A stretch of 64,000 nt of DNA from the human T2T-CHM13v2.0 reference genome, Homo sapiens. Each line of letters begins with the position of its first letter. Position 1 is the stretch's first letter. Below are positions 58,226 to 64,000 of the stretch, piece by piece. Location: assembly GCF_009914755.1 (NCBI RefSeq), contig NC_060937.1, one strand, 5' to 3'. The notes beneath the pieces were generated by a model. That model was given only the letters and a program-made list of their open reading frames with translations. It did no database searches and was not told where the DNA came from. The translations under genes and the position numbers were made by a program.

Positions 58226-60307
58226 AGTATAGTGGCAATTCCAAAAAACAGGAAGAGAAACAAATATAGTGCTTAATACTCCAAGTTTCTTTTAGATTAA
58301 AACACCTTGAAGAAGTTTCAATCTTGGCTATAACTGGATATAATTGGAGGAGTTTTCTTAGTGACATATAATACAATAGTACCAGGTCATTAAACTCACA
58401 CAAACACAAAAATAAATGGCGTTTCTAACTGGTAGTACATGCTCTTAAGCATTTAGGAGAACTTCTTTAAGCTATACAAATATAGTAATATTAACCACAG
58501 CTCCGTCGTTCTGATTCTCGTGCAAAAAATGTAATTTTAATATTTATTATATGAATAATTATCTGATTCATTGATATAGATTTTGAAACTTGCCTACATT
58601 AAAAGAAATATAGATAATTTGAGGAATAAAATGGAGCTTTTCAAGTTAACAAAAGAGTGAAGTAGAGATGATAAGGTGATTTTTCTGATTCGCCTGCTAA
58701 ACTCTTAGCATCTCTACATGCAGTGTCATTAAGGGCTGGAAAGATGTGTGCGAGTTTGTTAAAGGCCATCAGTGTTGCTTTTGAAACGCATTGTCACACC
58801 AGTGTCATGCATACATCAGACATCAGAATTCAACCAAATACTATGGCCTAGAGGCCAAATTTAACATTCAAGAAGGACACATTTACTTCCAATAACAAAT
58901 TTTAGTTTTGATTTTGGTGTTCGATGTGATTAACATGATCAATGTCAACTCTTCATCGTTAGAGCAGAGCCTCTGCCCCAACGTCATCTCTTCATCTTAG
59001 AAATAAATGTAATGATGGTCATATTCCTGCTTCTTCTGTACAAATTAGTGGCAAGTACAAAGATATTTACTGGTCATCAATTATTCACAACATTGCATTG
59101 CTGACTCACATTAAGTTGTCCCAGAAGAGGCCTTTAACAATTTTTCCCAGAAACACTTCCTTTACCTGAAAACTGTGAAAAAAAACAGTGGGAATTTCAA
59201 ACACTGTGGCAAGGTAAAAAGGGACGTATTTGTGTGCAGATAATTTAACTAATTCCTGCAAAACCAACAGACCGCACAATTCACTGTAATTACCCCAGTA
59301 CGAAGATAATTTTAAGTTTTTTAACATGTATTTTCAAGTAATAGCAAATCTCATTGTCCTTCGAAGGAAAGTATTTCAGAACTTATAGAGAGAGCAGATC
59401 CTGGGCCCTACATCAATGAGGTTCATTTTTCAGCTTTAACTGTCAAATTAGATTTTTGCTTGAGTTGGCAGCAGGGCAATTGAGTTGCAAAGCAGGTTTT
59501 ATGAAAAAAGGAGTTTTAAAATTATTTTACATATAAAGAACTCATGCCTAGAGGAATTAGGCCATAGAGTTTCTTCAAAAACTTTAAAGAAGTTATTTCT
59601 TTCTCCTATGAATATATACTATAAAGTTGTTTCCCAAGGCTATGTAAAAGACAGCATTTGGGGAAAGAAAAGCTCATAACCTGATGACTTTCTGTCCTAA
59701 GGGAGGCAGGAGGAGGGGGAGGAAAAGAGACAGAGAAGTCAGGCATAGGCATATCAGCCCCACCACCCTCGACATCCAATTCTGTGGTGAGAGGGACGCT
59801 TTGTAGGAAAAGCCTAAACTATCAGAGTTGGTGGCCTGTTTCCCTTGGCAAACTCAGGGGAGGGGCTTAATGCCACTGGAAGTAGCCCTACATGGCTACT
59901 TCCTACCTTACAGGAAGAGATGGCTCAGAGGTAGCACCCAGAGGAAAGAGGTAAGCAGCAATGAAGAGGTAGTGTTGCTGTCCCCAGGGCCTGTGTGCCA
60001 AGTTCAGGAGACTCAGAATTCTGCAGTAACTTCAAGGGTGATGCTATCAGGATTGCAGGGACACCATCAGAGTTATGGGTTCAAAGCCAAGAAAGCCAGT
60101 TTTCAATTTGCTTTATAGAACAAAACCCAACTCTATGCTATATATAAGAGGTAACCTAAAACAAAGTGATTCAGAAGTCTTAAAAATAAAGGAATAGGTA
60201 GAGGCATGCCAGGAACATGGAAATAATAAGAAAATAAAGGAAGTAATCCAGATATCAGATAAAGTAGAATTCGAGACAAAAACACTACATGTGATGACAA
60301 AGTCACA

Positions 60308-60597
<290 letters not shown>

Positions 60598-61116
60598 GAA
60601 AGGCGTATTTTAATGCTAAAAGCCATAATTCACGCTTGGAAGATAACTTTTGGGAAAATTAATGAACCAAATGACATCAGCGATCACCTTTATAATGCAA
60701 AAAATATGGGAGATTCAAGGAGACAAAGAAACAGAACACACTCATAACAGGAGACATTCCGTACACCACTCTCAGCACAAGACAGGTCAAATGAACAAAC
60801 AATAAATAAGGAAAAAGGATGCTTATACAACATAGAACAATGACAGTGAGGTAGCTCCATGGCTATACATTCACAGGTTATTCACAAAAATTGATTACAT
60901 ATTAAGCTATAAGGAAGACATCAGTGAATTTCATGATGTAGAAATACTACAAGAAATAATTCTGTCCACAATGCAATGAAGTTAGAAATTATTAAGAAGA
61001 ATAAAAATCAGAAAGCTCTTTTATCCTGGATACTAAAAAGCCTATTAAATAACTCATAAGTGACAGGAAAAATACAAACTGAAATTACAAAATTTCTTTT
61101 AAAAATCATAATATAG

Positions 61117-61578
61117 TGTGAACCCCAAAAACTTGAGACAGGTCTCAGTTAATTTAGAAAGTTTACTTTGCCAAGGCTGAGGACGTGTCTGTGACACAGC
61201 CTCAGGAAGTCCTGAGGACCTGTGCCCAAGGTGGTCAGGGCACAGCTTGTTTTTATACATTTAGGGAGACATGAGACATCAATCAATATATGTAAGAAGT
61301 ACATTGGTTCGGTCTGGAAAGGCGGGACAACATGAAGCAAAGGCAGGAAGACTGGAAGCCAGGGAGGGAGCTTCCAGGTCACAGATAGGAGATACAAAAA
61401 CCGTTACATTCTTTTGAGTTTCTGATTAGCCTTTCCAAAGGAGGCAAATCAGATATGCATCTATCTCAGTGAGGAGAGGAGTGACTTTGAATAGAATGGG
61501 AGGCAGGTTGGCCCCAAGCAGTTCCCGGCTTGAGTTTTCCTCAGTGATTTTGGGGGCCCAAGATATTTTCCTTTCACA
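61117..61578 (-). mobile_element. MER4A-family solo LTR (ERV1)
   Basis: tgtgaaccccaaaaacttgagacaggtctcagttaatttagaaagttta...ttcctttcaca; flanks atag/atgg. Confidence 0.88.
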
Positions 61579-62544
61579 ATGGCATTAAATAAAACAATCT
61601 ATGAGATACATTTAAAAATGTAATTAGAAGAAAATTCATAACACCAAACACCAGCAAAAATAAAAGAATCAAAGTAAATAAATACTCATCTTAAAACGCT
61701 GAAAAACAAACCCCAACAAATTAAACCTAAAGAAAACAAAAGAAATAATGAAGATAAAAGCAGAAATTAATGTGGTAGAGTGTATAAAAATAGTAGACAA
61801 TAAGTAAATGTAAATCCTACATTCTTGAAAAAACTAACAAAAAGACAAAATACTTGTTAAATCAATCATAAAGAGGGAAAAATGGGCACAAATTATACTT
61901 GTTTTTTAAATGACATAGAGGAATACCATTAAACCAAGAAATATTTTAAATAACAAAAAATGTGCAGACTTCTACATAAATAAAATGGAAAACATGAAAT
62001 TAGTAATTTTCTTGGAGAAAGCAGATTACCAACATTAATCCCATGATAAATAGAAAATTTAAACGAACCAACTTCCCTAGAAGAAATCACGATACTATGA
62101 AACTACTTCACAAAAAAACCATGAGGCCCAGATGCTTTCACAGGAAAATTCTACCAAATCTTTAAGGCCCAAAGAGTTTCAATACTCTATAGGCTGTTCA
62201 AGAACATTTTAAATGAAGAAAAGTTTTCTAATACTTTTTGTGAAACAAGTGTAGCATTAATACCTAAACTAAGTAAGAAGAATGACAAAATTACAAAGCA
62301 GTGCAACGGAGACTGATGTAAATAAGAAAAATTTAGAGAATAGTACACCATGGCGCAGTGGGAATCAAAAGAATGCAAGATTGGCTCACTATGAACAAAA
62401 CTGTTCATGGCTTATAATTAAGTTCTAGGAAGAAACACATGAGTTATCTTCAACATGTTGGCAAAGCCTTTGAAAAAGCTCAACATACCTTCTTGATGAA
62501 AACTCTCAAGAAAATAGGAGTTAATAGATGCTTTCTTACTATAA

Positions 62545-62863
<319 letters not shown>

Positions 62864-63316
62864 AACGTACAGGTCTTAGTCGTCGTAAAGGCAGCATTTT
62901 ACTTGATAGAGAAACATTGGAGGCGTTAACACTAAGATCAAAAAAACAAGGCAAGCAGTTCAGGCCGGATCCCTGCGTGTGGTGAAGAGGCTGCCGCCGG
63001 CTTCACTCCAGGTCTGTGCTCTTCAGATCTCAGCCGTCTGCCCCTACCCAGCAGGCCTCCGCCTCAACTCCTGATCAGGCTGCAAAGTCCTCGCCTTGGA
63101 CAATATCCTCATTGTCCCAGTGGTGCAGGTCACTTTGCCCTCACTGTGGGGACCCCCTGTCTTCCTCCCTATCAAGTCCAACAGCCTCAGGCTCTCTCAG
63201 CTATCTGGACCATATTTGGCTAGGGGCTCTGGAAGTAAACAAGGGAATATTAGCCTTTACTAGACACCACAGGAGGGCGGTGGTTAGTGGAGCAGAGGTC
63301 ATTTCTGGTTTATCTG

Positions 63317-63317
<1 letters not shown>

Positions 63318-63357
<40 letters not shown>
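63318..63357. repeat. (TATC)10 tetranucleotide STR
   Basis: Ten perfect TATC units at the tail of the adjacent Alu. Confidence 0.95.
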
Positions 63358-63358
<1 letters not shown>

Positions 63359-63359
<1 letters not shown>

Positions 63360-63670
63360 CCTATTTATTTATTTATTTTTAGACAGGGTCTCACTCTGTC
63401 GCCCAGGCTGGAGTGCAGTGGTGCAACCTCGGCTCACTGCAACCTCCCCCCCTTCTCCTGGATTCAAGTGATCCTCCTACCTCAGCCGCCTCCCCTGAGT
63501 ACCTGGGACCACAGGCGCTCACCACCACTCCCGGCTCATTTTTGTGTTTTTGTATAGACGGGGTTTCTCCATGTTGGTCAGGCTGGTCTCAAACTCCTAA
63601 CCTCGAGCGATCCGCCTGCCTCAGCCTCCCAAAGTGCTGGGATTACAGGCCAAAGACACGGTGCCCAGGC
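63359..63670 (-). mobile_element. Alu (AluJ-like)
   Basis: gacagggtctcactctg and caagtgatcctcctacctcagcc J-type motifs; flanks ctg(c)ctatc. Confidence 0.9.
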
Positions 63671-64000
63671 TGCCTATCCTTTTTAACCACTATCTGGCAC
63701 TATACAGACTGGCAGCGTGCTGACTGAGGAGGATTCACTAGGGGATGGTACTTTCCCCAGGCAACGCGCCCAATAGGCAGCAAGCAAAGCTCCTCTCCAC
63801 CAAACTGTTTTCATCTAAACCTTCCTTGTTGTTTCACTGTGACTCCATTCTCCCTCATCCCAGAGATTTTAGCCTTGAGAAGGTAGATACCAAGGTATTT
63901 TTCTCCTTTCTTCTTCTTTTCTCTGGATCCTCGCCCCAGCAGTTGAAGGGACTTTGTTGTGTCTACGTCTTTCCTGCCTATCCTACTTTTTTTTTATACT

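Larger units (their letters stand above)
62956..64000 (+). pseudogene. Candidate retrocopy of a cellular mRNA segment (parent not established), runs off the window
   Basis: Abrupt switch from AT-rich L1 ORF2 to GC/CpG-richer non-repeat-like sequence right after an A-rich aaaaaaacaaggcaag (possible TSD). Strand is inferred. Confidence 0.5.

Noticed and set aside
63016-63471. 151-aa ORF as the retrocopy's protein
   Set aside because: Non-ATG start, runs through the STR into Alu, and no recognisable domain in the frames I translated.

Overview
Primate (human-like) non-coding DNA, AT-rich and dominated by interspersed repeats: about 24 Alus plus one FAM monomer, several L1 relics of different ages, MaLR/ERV1/ERVL/ERVK LTRs, MIRs, and MER5A and Tigger DNA elements. 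I found no supportable cellular protein-coding exon, RNA gene or CRISPR array. The protein-like ORFs in the track are Alu, L1, ERV or simple-repeat read-throughs. The main element is a ~4.97 kb two-LTR HERV-K(HML-3)/HERVK9 provirus (13517-18491, MER9 LTRs, GTCTTG TSD) with internal deletions in gag, pol and env. It lies tail-to-tail with an old ERV-L remnant that carries its own dUTPase. Other notable items: a truncated MER11 LTR joined to a quasi-palindromic CA-rich filler at an apparent deletion junction, a strong CTCF motif inside an inverted repeat, an ancient short duplication split by an MLT1 LTR, a template-switch hairpin in an MSTB LTR, and a probable processed-mRNA retrocopy starting at ~62956 and running off the window. 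I do not see convincing evidence of a new biological system. Repeat subfamily names come from recalled consensus motifs, and the boundaries of old elements are approximate.
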